64,000 nt of DNA from Patescibacteria group bacterium (lineage in GTDB: Bacteria > Patescibacteriota > Minisyncoccia > UBA6257 > GWB1-50-10), in the NCBI GenBank assembly GCA_023474215.1, contig JAMCYI010000013.1, forward strand, positions 16,168 to 80,167, read 5' to 3'. Positions 36,659 through 49,460 of this stretch are shown here, in pieces. The notes under the pieces are model-generated. The model ran no database searches. It saw only the letters and a list, made by a program, of their open reading frames with translations, and had not been told where the DNA came from. Both the position numbers and the translations under genes were made by a program. The stretch's first letter is position 1. Every line of letters starts with the position of its first letter.

Positions 36659-37402
36659 ATGGGTATAGGAGATGAAATTTCACTAAAAGCCGAACACCTT
36701 TTCAGCATGGGGGGGTTTCCGGTCACCAACACGTTGCTCTTGAGCTTCGTTGCGGTCATCTTTTTTGTAGTCTTCGGGCTTTCCTTTAGGAGCAAAATAA
36801 AGGTGGTTCCGGGGAAATTTCAAGCATTTTTCGAGTGGATTCTGGACGAGATTTTGAACTTGATGGAAAACGTTCTGGGAAGCAGAGCGGCGGCGGAGAA
36901 ATATTTATCGCTCGTCGCTTCGATCTTCTTCTTTGTTCTAATCTCAAACTGGTTGGGGATCCTTCCCGGTTTGAGCTCTGTCGGCCTTAAGGAAGGCAAC
37001 ATCATCGTCCCGTTCTTCCGGTCGCCAGCGAGCGATCTCAATTTCACGCTCGCTTTGGCGATCGTATCGGTAGTTGCAACGAACATCATTGCCATTCGAT
37101 CGCTCGGTATAAGAATTCACTTGAAAAAATTCTTCAATTTTCAAAATCCTATCAAGTTCTTCGTTGGCATTTTAGAGCTCGTCTCGGAATTCGCGAAAAT
37201 CGTCTCTTTTTCATTCCGGTTGTTCGGAAATGTCTTTGCCGGGGAAGTACTCCTCATCACCATCGGAGCCCTTGTCCCTTATTTCATTCCCATGCCTTTC
37301 CTCGTGATGGAGCTTTTTGTCGGCTTCATTCAAGCCTTCATCTTCGCGATGTTGACGATCGTCTTCATCGCGTCGGCGACCGCTCTCGAGGAAGGACATT
37401 AA
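36659..37402 (+). CDS. atpB: F0F1 ATP synthase subunit a.
   Basis: Conserved R-containing helix (FSFRLFGNVFAGE). Confidence 0.9.
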   Translation: MGIGDEISLKAEHLFSMGGFPVTNTLLLSFVAVIFFVVFGLSFRSKIKVVPGKFQAFFEWILDEILNLMENVLGSRAAAEKYLSLVASIFFFVLISNWLGILPGLSSVGLKEGNIIVPFFRSPASDLNFTLALAIVSVVATNIIAIRSLGIRIHLKKFFNFQNPIKFFVGILELVSEFAKIVSFSFRLFGNVFAGEVLLITIGALVPYFIPMPFLVMELFVGFIQAFIFAMLTIVFIASATALEEGH

Positions 37403-37434
37403 AGGTCGGGAAAAACAAAAATAAAATCATCACC

Positions 37435-37662
37435 ATGGATTTATCAAGCATTAAGTTGATCGCAGTCGCGGCCGCCATCGCCATCGGCGTCTTGGGCCCC
37501 GCACTTGCCATCGGAAAGATTGGATCGAGTTCGGCTGAAGCGATCGGGAGGAATCCCGAAGCGGCCCCGAAGATCCAGACCGCCATGATTTTGGCCATCG
37601 CGTTCGCGGAAGCCGTTGCCATTTATACGCTCGTCGTAGCGCTTATCATCAAATTCACTTAA
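37435..37662 (+). CDS. atpE: ATP synthase subunit c.
   Basis: 75-aa hairpin proteolipid. Confidence 0.9.
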   Translation: MDLSSIKLIAVAAAIAIGVLGPALAIGKIGSSSAEAIGRNPEAAPKIQTAMILAIAFAEAVAIYTLVVALIIKFT

Positions 37663-37764
37663 AATAATGCGAATATGACGCAACTCTATGCGAATGCCGC
37701 GAAAAATATTTGTATCATTCGTATTGATTCGTAGATTGGCATTATTAAGTTAGCGAAGATAACT

Positions 37765-38271
37765 ATGCAATCGTTAATCCAAAATTTCGGGATAAACTGG
37801 GAGGTTCTCGCGAGCCAAGTTTTCAATTTTCTCGTGATTTTCGGCGTCATTGCCTTCCTGGTCTACAAACCGCTCGCGAAGAGTATTGCCGAGCGACGAA
37901 AGAAGATCCAGGAAGGATTGGACAAAGAAGAAGAAGCTTCCCGCCGCCTGACGGAGATCGGCACTTTGGAAAGCGAAACGTTGAAAAAGGCGGAAGAGAA
38001 AGCCGTCGACCTCATCTCCCGAGCGGAAAAGAAGGCAAAGGAGGAGGAGGCGAAAATCCTGAAAGAAACTGAGGAGCGGGAGCAAGAAATGAAAGAAAAA
38101 AATCTCGAGGCGATCCAGGAAGCGAAAGACAAATCGATAAAAGAAGCACAATCGGAATTGGCAACGCTCGCGAAAGAAATCCTCGTGAAGACCGTGAAAG
38201 TCAATCCCCATGCGGTCGACGAGGCTCTCTTGAAACGGGTGGCCGATGAAGTCGTAAAAGGCGCTAAGTAA
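37765..38271 (+). CDS. atpF: ATP synthase subunit b.
   Basis: N-terminal TM plus long charged helix. Confidence 0.85.
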   Translation: MQSLIQNFGINWEVLASQVFNFLVIFGVIAFLVYKPLAKSIAERRKKIQEGLDKEEEASRRLTEIGTLESETLKKAEEKAVDLISRAEKKAKEEEAKILKETEEREQEMKEKNLEAIQEAKDKSIKEAQSELATLAKEILVKTVKVNPHAVDEALLKRVADEVVKGAK

Positions 38272-38273
38272 CC

Positions 38274-38666
38274 ATGAAGATACCCTCGAAGTTGTATGCC
38301 AAGGTGTTCTCGGAGGTGACCAAGGGGAAAAGCCCCGAGGAGATCAAAAAAATGGCGGAGCGCCTCGCCGGTTTGATCGACCGGAATGGAGACGCCGGAC
38401 GGAAAGAGGAAATCCTCAAATTTGCGGAACGATATGCCCGCGAACTCCGGGGAAAACACCTCTTGAACGTCGAAACTGCCCGGGAGCTTCCCGATCATTT
38501 TTATGAGGAGATCGCGGAAAAATTGGGCAAGGGGAAATACGATATCGAGAAGCATATCAACGAAGAACTGGTTGCTGGCGCGAAGCTCACGGTCGACGAC
38601 GAGCGGGAACTCGATATGACGCTCAGAACGATACTGAAAAATTTATTCAATACTAAAGAAAAATAA
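38274..38666 (+). CDS. atpH: ATP synthase subunit delta (short, 130 aa).
   Basis: Position between atpF and atpA. Confidence 0.65.
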   Translation: MKIPSKLYAKVFSEVTKGKSPEEIKKMAERLAGLIDRNGDAGRKEEILKFAERYARELRGKHLLNVETARELPDHFYEEIAEKLGKGKYDIEKHINEELVAGAKLTVDDERELDMTLRTILKNLFNTKEK

Positions 38667-38668
38667 CT

Positions 38669-40186
38669 ATGAGTTATGAAATAGTGGAAAAACTGCGGCG
38701 AGCACTCGAGGATTCCGATCGGAAAACCGAGTGGGAAGACGTCGGTCGCGTCGTTGAAATCGGCGACGGCGTTGCGAAGATCTCCGGGCTTCGGAACGTG
38801 AAGAGCCAGGAGATCGTGACGATCGTGACCGGGGAGGGCTCGGTGCCGGCCTTGGCATTGAACCTCGAAGAAGAAAGCTTGGGTGCGCTCATTTTAGGCG
38901 CCGATTCGGGCATTCGAAGCGGCGACGAAGTGCGACGAACGGGCGAAATTCTTTCGATCGAGGTCGGCGACGAAATGCTGGGACGGGTCGTCGATCCTTT
39001 GGGTCGGCCTCTCGATGGCCGCGGCGAAATTTTTAAAACCAAAAAGCCCGTGCGGTATTTTCTGGAACGGAGCGCCCCTTCGGTTTTGGATCGGGAAGGC
39101 GTGAAGATACCGCTTCATACGGGGATTAAATCGATCGACGCCATGATCCCGATTGGCCGGGGACAGCGGGAGCTTATCATCGGCGACCGACAAACGGGAA
39201 AGACGGCGATCGTCATCGATGCGATCATCAATCAGCGACAGGACAGCGGCAGAAAATTGCCGGTTTGCATCTATGTCGCGATCGGTCAAAAGGAATCCAA
39301 AGTAGCGGAGCTTGTGAAAACGCTCGAGGAAAACGGCGCGATGAAATACTCGATCATCGTCGTTGCGGGCGCTTCATCGCCGGCCGCTTTTTGGTACTTG
39401 GCTCCGTACGCCGGGTGCGCCATCGGCGAATATTTCATGGACAAAGGCGAAGATGCGCTCGCAATCTACGACGATCTTTCAAAACACGCGTGGGCGTATC
39501 GACAAATATCGCTCCTCCTTCGGCGTCCGCCGGGAAGAGAAGCGTATCCCGGGGACGTGTTCTATCTCCACTCGCGTCTTTTAGAGCGAGCGGCAAAATT
39601 GAGCCCCGAAAAGGGCGGCGGATCTTTGACGGCCCTTCCGATCATTGAAACGCAGCTCGGCGACATCTCCGCCTATATTCCGACGAACGTGATCTCCATT
39701 ACGGACGGACAAATCTATCTCGAATCCGACCTCTTCAATCAGGGGGTCCGGCCGGCCATCAACGCCGGACTTTCGGTTTCGCGCGTCGGGTCAAGCGCAC
39801 AGACGAAAGTGATGAAAAAAGTTGCCGGCCGCCTGCGGCTCGAACTCGCGCAATTCCGGGAACTCCAAGCATTCGTCCAGTTTGCTTCGGAAGTGGACGA
39901 GGCGACGAAAAAGCGGATCAAGCGGGGTGAAGTACTGACCGAAATTTTGAAACAAAGCGACCTTGCACCGGTCGCCATGGAAAAACAGGTATGTCTTGCC
40001 TATGCCGCCGTGAACGGCTATTTCGACGATGCAAAGAAAGAAGAAATAAGAGATAAGGCGGATGAGTTCGCCAAATACCTCGAAGACCTCCATGCCGACA
40101 TCCTGAAGAAAATAGGGGAAACGGGGGATCTGGAAAAAGAAACCGAAGAATCGCTGAAAAAAGCGTGTGAATCATGGCATCGTTAA
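38669..40186 (+). CDS. atpA: ATP synthase subunit alpha.
   Basis: Walker A GDRQTGKT. Confidence 0.97.
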   Translation: MSYEIVEKLRRALEDSDRKTEWEDVGRVVEIGDGVAKISGLRNVKSQEIVTIVTGEGSVPALALNLEEESLGALILGADSGIRSGDEVRRTGEILSIEVGDEMLGRVVDPLGRPLDGRGEIFKTKKPVRYFLERSAPSVLDREGVKIPLHTGIKSIDAMIPIGRGQRELIIGDRQTGKTAIVIDAIINQRQDSGRKLPVCIYVAIGQKESKVAELVKTLEENGAMKYSIIVVAGASSPAAFWYLAPYAGCAIGEYFMDKGEDALAIYDDLSKHAWAYRQISLLLRRPPGREAYPGDVFYLHSRLLERAAKLSPEKGGGSLTALPIIETQLGDISAYIPTNVISITDGQIYLESDLFNQGVRPAINAGLSVSRVGSSAQTKVMKKVAGRLRLELAQFRELQAFVQFASEVDEATKKRIKRGEVLTEILKQSDLAPVAMEKQVCLAYAAVNGYFDDAKKEEIRDKADEFAKYLEDLHADILKKIGETGDLEKETEESLKKACESWHR

Positions 40187-41130
40187 ACAATCTCAAAAAA
40201 AGAATAGGCGGCGTGAAAAGCATCAACCAGATCACTTCTGCCATGGAGCTTGTTGCCGCAACGAAGATGCGGAAAGCGCAGGAAGCGGCGCTTGCTTCGC
40301 GCTTCTATGCCTTCGATGCTCTCGAGATCTTGGGAAATGTCACAGACTACCTCGTAAAATCGGGCGCGGAACTCGAAAAAACATTCTTCGCCCGGACCGT
40401 CGAAAAAACCCTCATCCTCATCGTGACTTCGGACAAGGGGCTGGTCGGATCCTTCAATAGCTCGATCATAAAGAAGGTTGAAAAATTCCTCAAGGAAAAC
40501 GCCGACGATTTCAAGGCGGGAAAATTCAGCTTCGTGACCGTCGGCCAAAAGGGAACCGATTTCGTGCGGCGCCTCGGCATAACGCCAGCCGGTCATTTTT
40601 CAAACTACGGAGATATCATCGATGTCGGCGAAATCGAAGAACTCGCAGGAATCCTCGACCGCGGATACCGGAAAAGGAAGTGGGACCGGATCGTTTCGTT
40701 CTCAATGAATTTCACTTCGGCACTCTCTCAAGAGGTTGTCGAACGGCGAATCCTGCCGTTCGAGGCGAAGCAGATCAGGAAGACCGTCGAGGAAGTCATC
40801 CCGAATACCGGGCGGTACTCGAACCTCAAGGCGGAGATCTCGAAACGGCGGGCGACCGAAACGCTCGACTATATCATGGAACCGTCGCCAAAAGAGATCC
40901 TCGATGATCTTTTGCCGCATCTCTTGAAGATTCAAGTGTATCACCTCATGCTTGAAGCGAATGCCTCCGAGCATTCGTCGAGAAGGGTGACCATGAAAAA
41001 TGCATCCGATAATGCACATGAGCTCACAAATGAGCTTACGCTCGCATATAATAAGACACGGCAAGAGATGATCACCAAAGAACTTGGGGAATTGACCGGA
41101 ACGGTCGCGGCAATTACCAATAATGTTTAA
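40174..41130 (+). CDS. atpG: ATP synthase subunit gamma.
   Basis: N-terminal signature and position. Confidence 0.9.
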   Translation: MASLNNLKKRIGGVKSINQITSAMELVAATKMRKAQEAALASRFYAFDALEILGNVTDYLVKSGAELEKTFFARTVEKTLILIVTSDKGLVGSFNSSIIKKVEKFLKENADDFKAGKFSFVTVGQKGTDFVRRLGITPAGHFSNYGDIIDVGEIEELAGILDRGYRKRKWDRIVSFSMNFTSALSQEVVERRILPFEAKQIRKTVEEVIPNTGRYSNLKAEISKRRATETLDYIMEPSPKEILDDLLPHLLKIQVYHLMLEANASEHSSRRVTMKNASDNAHELTNELTLAYNKTRQEMITKELGELTGTVAAITNNV

Positions 41131-42770
<1,640 letters not shown>

Positions 42771-42842
42771 TCGCTGTTTTTAACGTATACTAGCGCGAAG
42801 TTGGTCGCTCACGACTTTTGTCAATTAAATTAAGGAAAAAAT

Positions 42843-43253
42843 ATGAAAAAGATCTTGTCAGTTGAATCGCCCGAAGGGCACTACCACGCGAAATCCGTCA
42901 TACTTTGGTGCTTCGATGACCGTTTCTCGGGAGCTTTGGAAAAATTCTTGAAGGAGCATCCCGATCAGCACTTCGATATCATCAAGGTTGCCGGCGGCGT
43001 CAAACAGCTGGTCTCACCTGAACATGAAACCGATCGGGACTTCATTCTTCGCCAAATAGCCGCTTCCATCAAGCTTCACGGAGCGGAAAACGTCGACATC
43101 ATGGCGCACGACGAATGTGGCGCCTATGGCGGCAAAAGAGAAGTATCGTTCTACGAAGAAGAATTAAGAAAGGGGGAAGAGGTATTGAAGGAATTCCTCC
43201 ATATCGGGGTAACAAAGATGTTCGTCGGTTTCGACGGCATCTACGAGGTTTAA
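42843..43253 (+). CDS. Small beta-class carbonic anhydrase-like protein.
   Basis: C-x-D-x-R motif (CFDDRF) and H-x-x-C-G motif (HDECGAYGG). Confidence 0.4.
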   Translation: MKKILSVESPEGHYHAKSVILWCFDDRFSGALEKFLKEHPDQHFDIIKVAGGVKQLVSPEHETDRDFILRQIAASIKLHGAENVDIMAHDECGAYGGKREVSFYEEELRKGEEVLKEFLHIGVTKMFVGFDGIYEV

Positions 43254-43270
43254 CTGAAATTCATAGAGAG

Positions 43271-43310
43271 ACCGCGGGAAAGCAACATCTTCCTGCGGTC
43301 TTTTGCTTTT
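43271..43310 (+). terminator. Terminator hairpin accgcggg...cctgcggt followed by cttttgctttt.
   Basis: 8-bp stem with one G-U pair, then a T-tract. Confidence 0.5.
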
Positions 43311-43315
43311 CAAAC

Positions 43316-43404
43316 TTATCCCCAGAATCTTTGGCCCCCCGCTCTCCTCGAATTTTTGAGGGAGACCGGGGGGCCTGCAATTTTTGAAGGAGAGCGGGGG
43401 GCGG
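43316..43404. repeat. GC-rich palindromic intergenic repeat, copy C: a 14-bp perfect stem closes a 43-nt loop containing AATTTTTGA twice.
   Basis: gccccccgctctcc (43334-47) pairs with ggagagcggggggc (43391-404). Same leader ttatccccaga as copy A. Confidence 0.7.
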
Positions 43405-43483
43405 AAGCTGGGGACAGGATCGGGACGGAAACCGAAGGGGCGGAAGTTGGCAGGAGGAGGCAGACGGATATAGAATAAGAGCG

Positions 43484-45193
43484 ATGCCAAAGGATGTCGA
43501 TCTCATCAAGGAAAAAGTCGGCGTTGTCGACCTTTTGAAGTCGTACGTCGAACTTATTCCGGCCGGCAAAAATTTCAAGGCGCTCTGCCCCTTCCATCAG
43601 GAAAAAACGCCGTCGTTTTTCGTGTCGCCGGAACGGAAGATGTGGCACTGCTTCGGATGCGGCCTCGGGGGCGACGTCATCAAATTCGTCATGCTCTATG
43701 AGCACGTCGAATTTCCCGAAGCCCTCAAATTCCTCGCCGAAAAAGCCGGTCTTCAGATCCAAACCTTGAATCCCGCCGAGCAGCGCGAATTCGGCGTTCT
43801 TTACGACGTCAACGAAGCCGCCGCTGCATTCTACCGCCAAAATCTTCTCCGAAACCAACAGGTACTTGCATATCTCACGGAAAGAGGGCTCAAGCCCGAA
43901 ACAATGGAGGAGTTCAAGATCGGCTATGCGACGGGAGGAGACGATCTTGTGAGATATCTCATCAAGAACCGCTATACGGTGAACGATGCCATGCGGGCAG
44001 GACTCGCGCAAAAGAACGCGCGCGGCCTCATCAAGGATAAATTCTTCGGTCGGATCATGTTCCCGATCGCGAATCAAGTCGGAAAAACGGTCGCCTTCAC
44101 CGGCCGCATCGTCCCGGGAGCGAACGGCGAAGACGCCCACGATGCCCCGAAGTACCTGAACTCTCCCGAAACCATCATTTTCAACAAATCGAAGGTCTTG
44201 TACGGATTCGATAGATCGAAGCAAGCGATCGCCGAATCGAAGGTTGTCATTATCGTCGAAGGACAAATGGATTTTTTGATGTCGTGGCAATCGGGCGTCA
44301 AAAACGTCGTCGCCGTCTCGGGAACCGGCCTTACGGAAGAACACTTGCTGCGCCTCCGAAGATTCGCCGATACCGTCATGGTGAGCTTCGATAAAGACGA
44401 GGCCGGCATCAAGGCTCTCGAGCGGAGCTTGGACTATTTTCACAACTTCGATTTCCACGTGAAGGTCATCGACCTCGGCACGTTCAAAGATCCGGCGGAC
44501 GCGTGCCGCGAAAACCCGGAATTCATGAAAACGGCCTTGAGCTGGGCAAAACCGGCGCTTTCGTATCTTATGAATGTCTATTTCACAAGCGCTTCGTATG
44601 CGGAGGGGGACATCCCAACCAAGAAGAGGATCCTTCGCCACGTCCTTTCGAAGATCGACACGGTAAAGAGCGCCGTCGAAAAAGGCATGTGGATCGGCGA
44701 GTGCTCCAAGCTTTCCGGCATTGCGGAAAACGATCTCCGGGAGGAAATGGGGAACCTTTCCGTCGAGGAAATCAAAGATGCGCCGCCGGAATTCATATCC
44801 CGGGAGGATCAGGCGGATAAACAAGAAGAGCTGGCCAGAAAGCTGGTCGCCGTTGCTTTGACAAACAAGGCCTTTCTTGATACCTTGAAAAACGAACTGG
44901 AGTTCCTCCCTGAAAAATTCAGGACCATCGTTGAAAGCGGAGCAAGCGCCGACGACGGAGGCGTACTGGAACTCGAAGCGTCGTATCTTGCAAGCTCGCT
45001 CGATGAAAAAACGATCAAAAAAGAATTCAATGATCTCTTGAAAAGGATCAAGATTTTGTCCATCAACGAGACAAGATCGTCGCTTAAAAAAGCGCTCCGG
45101 GAAGCCGAAAGCTCCGAAGACGAAGAAAGCATCTCGAAACTTTTGACCCGTTTCTCCGACGAAAGCAAAAAACTGAACGATCTGAAAAAATAA
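43484..45193 (+). CDS. dnaG: DNA primase DnaG.
   Basis: Zinc ribbon [11 protein letters not shown]...CFGCG and a TOPRIM domain. Confidence 0.92.
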   Translation: MPKDVDLIKEKVGVVDLLKSYVELIPAGKNFKALCPFHQEKTPSFFVSPERKMWHCFGCGLGGDVIKFVMLYEHVEFPEALKFLAEKAGLQIQTLNPAEQREFGVLYDVNEAAAAFYRQNLLRNQQVLAYLTERGLKPETMEEFKIGYATGGDDLVRYLIKNRYTVNDAMRAGLAQKNARGLIKDKFFGRIMFPIANQVGKTVAFTGRIVPGANGEDAHDAPKYLNSPETIIFNKSKVLYGFDRSKQAIAESKVVIIVEGQMDFLMSWQSGVKNVVAVSGTGLTEEHLLRLRRFADTVMVSFDKDEAGIKALERSLDYFHNFDFHVKVIDLGTFKDPADACRENPEFMKTALSWAKPALSYLMNVYFTSASYAEGDIPTKKRILRHVLSKIDTVKSAVEKGMWIGECSKLSGIAENDLREEMGNLSVEEIKDAPPEFISREDQADKQEELARKLVAVALTNKAFLDTLKNELEFLPEKFRTIVESGASADDGGVLELEASYLASSLDEKTIKKEFNDLLKRIKILSINETRSSLKKALREAESSEDEESISKLLTRFSDESKKLNDLKK

Positions 45194-45194
45194 C

Positions 45195-46391
45195 ATGGCC
45201 TCCGTAAAAAAACACAAGCAAAAACAACCCGCCGCAAGAAAGAAAACGGCGGCAAAGTCCATAAAGACAAAAAAGCGGCAGCTGAAGCCGAAGAAAGAAA
45301 AATTGATCCCCGTGCCGCCGGAGTATGCGGAAGCCCTGGAAGAACTCGTCAAACGCGGACGGGGAAGGGAATTCCTGACAGATGCGGAAGTTTTGAACTA
45401 CTTCCCGGAAATAGAGAAAAACCTGCCGTTTTTGGAACAAGTGTACGCGCGCCTCGAGCATGAGGGGATCAAAATCAAAGAATCGGGTCCGGTCATCAAA
45501 AATCTGAATCTCGAGGAGGTTTCCGCGAGCGAACTCAAGGAAGCGACGAGGATCGAAAACGACCTCCCGGATGCCGTTCAAATGTATTTGAAGGAGATCG
45601 GCAAGACCCCTCTTTTGACGTCCGCTGAGGAAAAAGACCTCGCGAAACGCATCGAGAAGGGAGATGAAGCCGCGAGAAAAAGATTGATCCAAGCGAACCT
45701 CCGGCTCGTCGTTTCCATCGCGAAGCGCTATGCCAATCGAAGCCAGCGTTTGAGCATCCTCGACTTGATCCAAGAGGGGAATATCGGCCTTTCGCGCGCC
45801 GTCGATAAATTCGATTATACGAAAGGGTTCAAATTCTCGACGTACGCCACGTGGTGGATCAGGCAGGCCGTGACGCGCGCGTTGGCGGACTACTCGCGAA
45901 CCATTCGCATTCCGGTCCACATGGTGGAAACGATCACGAAATACACGCAAATCAAGCGGCAGCTCATGCAAGAGCTCGGCCGAGAACCGCTGCCGGAAGA
46001 AATCGCTTCCGAAATGGGCATGGACGTGAAGAAGATCCATTACATCCAAAAGATCTCGCAGGAGGTCATGTCCCTTGAGGCTCCGATCGGCGACAGCGAG
46101 GACGATCTTACGCTCTCCGATTTTATCAAGGACGAACAAAGCTTGAGCCCCGACGAAATGGCGAACCAAGCGCTCCTGAAAGATCAGATCAAGGAAATTT
46201 TGGCGGATCTCACGGAACGGGAGCAAAAGATCCTCGCCATGCGCTTCGGCCTTGAAGACAATATCCCGCACACGCTTGAGGAAGTCGGCAAGGAATTCGG
46301 CGTCACGCGCGAACGCATCCGGCAAATCGAAGCAAAAGCCCTCGAAAAAATCAGGACGCACCAGAAATCGAAAAAGCTGGAGGGGTACTAG
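45195..46391 (+). CDS. rpoD: RNA polymerase sigma factor RpoD (sigma-70).
   Basis: Regions 2-4 ([25 protein letters not shown]...). Confidence 0.95.
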   Translation: MASVKKHKQKQPAARKKTAAKSIKTKKRQLKPKKEKLIPVPPEYAEALEELVKRGRGREFLTDAEVLNYFPEIEKNLPFLEQVYARLEHEGIKIKESGPVIKNLNLEEVSASELKEATRIENDLPDAVQMYLKEIGKTPLLTSAEEKDLAKRIEKGDEAARKRLIQANLRLVVSIAKRYANRSQRLSILDLIQEGNIGLSRAVDKFDYTKGFKFSTYATWWIRQAVTRALADYSRTIRIPVHMVETITKYTQIKRQLMQELGREPLPEEIASEMGMDVKKIHYIQKISQEVMSLEAPIGDSEDDLTLSDFIKDEQSLSPDEMANQALLKDQIKEILADLTEREQKILAMRFGLEDNIPHTLEEVGKEFGVTRERIRQIEAKALEKIRTHQKSKKLEGY

Positions 46392-46424
46392 ACGAAAATT
46401 TTTAATTTACAATTTTCAATTTTT

Positions 46425-46452
46425 AAAACGTCCCACGATGGACGTTTTTGGT
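46425..46452 (+). terminator. rpoD terminator: aaaacgtcc-cacgat-ggacgtttt followed by T's.
   Basis: 9-bp perfect stem. Confidence 0.55.
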
Positions 46453-46548
46453 TGTTGTGCTACAATAACCATCACTGCAATCGCAGGATTCCTGTCATTG
46501 TGGCGGGAATAACTGTTCCTTTCATCAATTATTCACTGGAGGCATCTA

Positions 46549-46833
46549 ATGTGTTTTTTCCGAGAAACGTTCGCCGCGACCGTTACGAAAAGTAACGGCA
46601 AACATTTCACCGTCTCCTTTTTCATGGGGAAGGAAGAAATAAAGATTTCTGTCCCCAAGAAAAAGAACCTTCAAGAAAGGGTCGGAGAGATTCTTTTTTT
46701 GAAGGTGACGAAGAAGAAGGGTAGATTGGTCGTCAAAGAAATCTGGCGATCCGGCGAGCGAGGCATAGAAACGGGGGAAACAAAAAGGAGGGAAAATTGC
46801 CGGAGACCGGTAATGTCTGCGGCTACGACCTAA
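46549..46833 (+). CDS. Questionable small ORF; low confidence.
   Basis: ORF only. The competing antisense ORF overlaps tRNA-Pro. Confidence 0.15.
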   Translation: MCFFRETFAATVTKSNGKHFTVSFFMGKEEIKISVPKKKNLQERVGEILFLKVTKKKGRLVVKEIWRSGERGIETGETKRRENCRRPVMSAATT

Positions 46834-46887
46834 CAAGATCAAGATTCTCGAGGGCTCTGCAAAACATGCGGAGCCTCTCATTTTTTG

Positions 46888-46958
46888 TCGGGCTGCCGGG
46901 AGTTGAACCCGGGTCGCACCCACCCCAAGGGTGTATACTACCGCTATACTACAGCCCG
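46888..46958 (-). tRNA. tRNA-Pro(GGG).
   Basis: Acceptor CGGGCTG / CAGCCCG, anticodon loop TTGGGGT, T-arm GGTTCAACTCC. Confidence 0.8.
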
Positions 46959-46969
46959 AAAAAAGCGCC

Positions 46970-47173
46970 CTATTTTTTGACGGGCGCTTTCTTCTTACTC
47001 AAAGTTTTCAAGCATTTGACGCACACCAAAACCCGCTTTCCCGGAACGATGTTCCGCACAAGTTTCAAGTTTGCCCGCTTTCTGTGGGAAGATGTCGGGT
47101 TGTAATGGCTCCGGAGCATCACGCGCGTATTGGCGGTCTTATATGATTTTCCGCAGATATAGCACTGTCGCAT
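46970..47173 (-). CDS. rpmB: 50S ribosomal protein L28.
   Basis: MRQCYICGK...VCVKC zinc-ribbon L28 pattern. Confidence 0.75.
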   Translation of the reverse strand: MRQCYICGKSYKTANTRVMLRSHYNPTSSHRKRANLKLVRNIVPGKRVLVCVKCLKTLSKKKAPVKK

Positions 47174-47211
47174 ATGGTTGGATGTTACCTAAAGAGAACC
47201 CGGATGTCAAT

Positions 47212-47910
47212 TCAATAAAGAGGAATACCGGTGAAAATTCGAAAGATGAACGAAATGATCGGCGTTATCACGGAAAAGCCGAAAAAGATGAACGCAACGA
47301 GGATGAACCAGCCGTATGGGTTGTTCTCCGCAAGGAACCGCTTTACCTTCCACGCACGGTCCGGGAGTGCTGCCGTAAGGACCTTCGCTCCGTCAAGGGG
47401 AGGGATCGGCACCAAATTGAAAACACCAAGCAGCACGTTGATCGCAACGATGATGCCGGCAAACGCATTGAAGCTCGCGAGAATCCCGGTATTGTACGGA
47501 GCAGTGATCCTGAAGAGGATGCCGAAAACGAGCGCCAGAGCGAAATTGGAAAGGGGGCCGGCAGCCGCGATCTTGGCGGCTCCTTTTTCAGGGTCCTTTA
47601 AATTGTAAGGATTGTACGGAACGGGTTTCGCCCAGCCGAAGATGATCCCTCCGGGGATGAGGGCAAGGAGCAGGGGAAGAATGACCGATCCGAAGGGATC
47701 CAAGTGCTTCAAAGGATTCAGCGTCAATCTCCCCGAAAGCCTCGCGGTCGGATCTCCCAGCTTATCAGCCACGAAGCCGTGCGATACCTCGTGGATGACC
47801 GCGGAAAATATCAAAATAATCACTTCGAAGACAACGGTTGTCATTGTGGTAACCTTCTCATGATATAATAGAACCATGAACAAAAACAGAAGCCTCAGGA
47901 ATCTGTACAT
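47212..47910 (-). CDS. Site-2 protease family (M50) membrane metalloprotease.
   Basis: HEVSHG motif and multiple TM helices. Confidence 0.75.
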   Translation of the reverse strand: MYRFLRLLFLFMVLLYHEKVTTMTTVVFEVIILIFSAVIHEVSHGFVADKLGDPTARLSGRLTLNPLKHLDPFGSVILPLLLALIPGGIIFGWAKPVPYNPYNLKDPEKGAAKIAAAGPLSNFALALVFGILFRITAPYNTGILASFNAFAGIIVAINVLLGVFNLVPIPPLDGAKVLTAALPDRAWKVKRFLAENNPYGWFILVAFIFFGFSVITPIISFIFRIFTGIPLY

Positions 47911-48520
47911 GGTATTAGGAGTGATGGTTGTTCTTATGATCGCCGGATTCTATATTCTTTTCCAAAAGATCGGAACCTTGGAAAGCTCCGATTCCCAAGA
48001 CGTCACGAACATTGCAAGCGTGAGCACGAGCACAAATACGGGCTCAAGCTCGAATCCAAGCTCAAGCACAAGCACACCCGCGGAAACAACGACAACGGCA
48101 ACTTCCTCCCAACTGTCGCCGGTTTCGATAAATTCCAGCATCTTGTTCAATGCGACGTCGAGCCCCGACCTCCAGCCGCAGGCGAAACTCACCGTTCTCG
48201 TGAGCAGGGTCACGAAGACCCCTGACGGAAATATCGCCGTAACGGTCAAGGTATTCACCGATTCCGCGACGAGCTACAGTGCCGTCGATCTTTCGAACCT
48301 CGTGCAGATCTTCAATCCTTCGGGGAGCAACGCGACGTCGACGAGCATTACCGGCGCTTTCAAGGCGATGCCTCCGCAAAGCTCCGTGGATGGCATCGTG
48401 AATTTTTCCATGGATCCGTCGGCGGCAAGCCTCATTCTTCAGGTCGGTCCTTCCGACAACGCCGCTTTTTATCAATTCGACTTCACAAACGGGAGCTACA
48501 AACCGGTCACGGTGGGTTGA
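47876..48520 (+). CDS. Secreted Ser/Thr-rich protein with an N-terminal TM anchor.
   Basis: Signal/TM segment, S/T-rich low-complexity region, then a beta-rich C-terminus. Confidence 0.45.
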   Translation: MNKNRSLRNLYMVLGVMVVLMIAGFYILFQKIGTLESSDSQDVTNIASVSTSTNTGSSSNPSSSTSTPAETTTTATSSQLSPVSINSSILFNATSSPDLQPQAKLTVLVSRVTKTPDGNIAVTVKVFTDSATSYSAVDLSNLVQIFNPSGSNATSTSITGAFKAMPPQSSVDGIVNFSMDPSAASLILQVGPSDNAAFYQFDFTNGSYKPVTVG

Positions 48521-48565
48521 CAATTTTAACGATCGCCCTTACCATATCTATCCGTAGCGACACAA

Positions 48566-48979
48566 ATGCCCACTGTTAATCAGTTGATCAAGAAAGGCAG
48601 GTTGACTGCCAAGAAGAAATCGAAATCTCCAGCCCTGGAGTTTTATTTCAATTATTTGAAAAACCGGCCCGTCGACTCGCCGTCGCCCTTCAAGCGGGGA
48701 GTGTGCTTGAAGGTCTTCACGACGACGCCGAAAAAACCGAACTCAGCCCTCCGAAAAGTCGCGAGAGTGCGGCTCACGAACGGCATGGAAGTCACCGCTT
48801 ATATCCCCGGCGAAGGCCACAACTTGCAGGAACACTCCGTCGTCGTGATCCGCGGCGGGAGGGTGAAGGACCTTCCGGGCGTCCGCTATCACATCGTTCG
48901 GGGTATCTTGGATACGCAAGGCGTCGAAGCGAGGAAACAACAGCGCTCCAAATACGGGGCGAAGCGTCCGAAAAAATAA
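48566..48979 (+). CDS. rpsL: 30S ribosomal protein S12.
   Basis: [12 protein letters not shown]... signature. Confidence 0.97.
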   Translation: MPTVNQLIKKGRLTAKKKSKSPALEFYFNYLKNRPVDSPSPFKRGVCLKVFTTTPKKPNSALRKVARVRLTNGMEVTAYIPGEGHNLQEHSVVVIRGGRVKDLPGVRYHIVRGILDTQGVEARKQQRSKYGAKRPKK

Positions 48980-48984
48980 TCATC

Positions 48985-49455
48985 ATGCGAAGGAAAGGAT
49001 TCAAAAAAAGAGAGCATAATCCCGACCACGTCCACGGCCGCGTGGATATGGGCCGTTTTGTGAACTATCTTATGGAAGACGGCAAAAAACTGGCCGCCGA
49101 GAAAATTTTGTATGAAAGTTTGCAACATATCGAAAAGGAAACGAAAGAAGATCCCATCCAGGTCTTCGAACGGGCGCTTGAAAATGCAACGCCGCTTCTC
49201 GAAGTAACCTCGAAGCGGATCGGCGGAGCGAACTATCAAATACCGCGGGAAGTAAGGAGCGAACGGAAATTCTTCCTTGCAACGCATTGGATCATCGATG
49301 CAGCAAGAAAAAAGAAGGGAAAGCCCATGGCTCAAAAGCTCGCAGAAGAAATCATTGCCGCCTCCAAGAACGAAGGAACGGCAATTAAGAAAAAACAAGA
49401 TACGCACCGCATGGCAGAGGCAAACCGGGCCTTCGCGAGCTACTTGAGGGGTTAA
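48985..49455 (+). CDS. rpsG: 30S ribosomal protein S7.
   Basis: Close match to S7 along its full length. The internal ATG at 48985 is preferred. Confidence 0.9.
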   Translation: MRRKGFKKREHNPDHVHGRVDMGRFVNYLMEDGKKLAAEKILYESLQHIEKETKEDPIQVFERALENATPLLEVTSKRIGGANYQIPREVRSERKFFLATHWIIDAARKKKGKPMAQKLAEEIIAASKNEGTAIKKKQDTHRMAEANRAFASYLRG

Positions 49456-49460
49456 TCATT

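Noticed and set aside
43316-45352. 678-aa - strand ORF spanning the dnaG region.
   Set aside because: It is antisense to dnaG, which carries clear zinc-ribbon and TOPRIM signatures.
46546-46923. 125-aa - strand ORF.
   Set aside because: It overlaps the tRNA-Pro gene, and its composition is Arg/Pro-rich noise.
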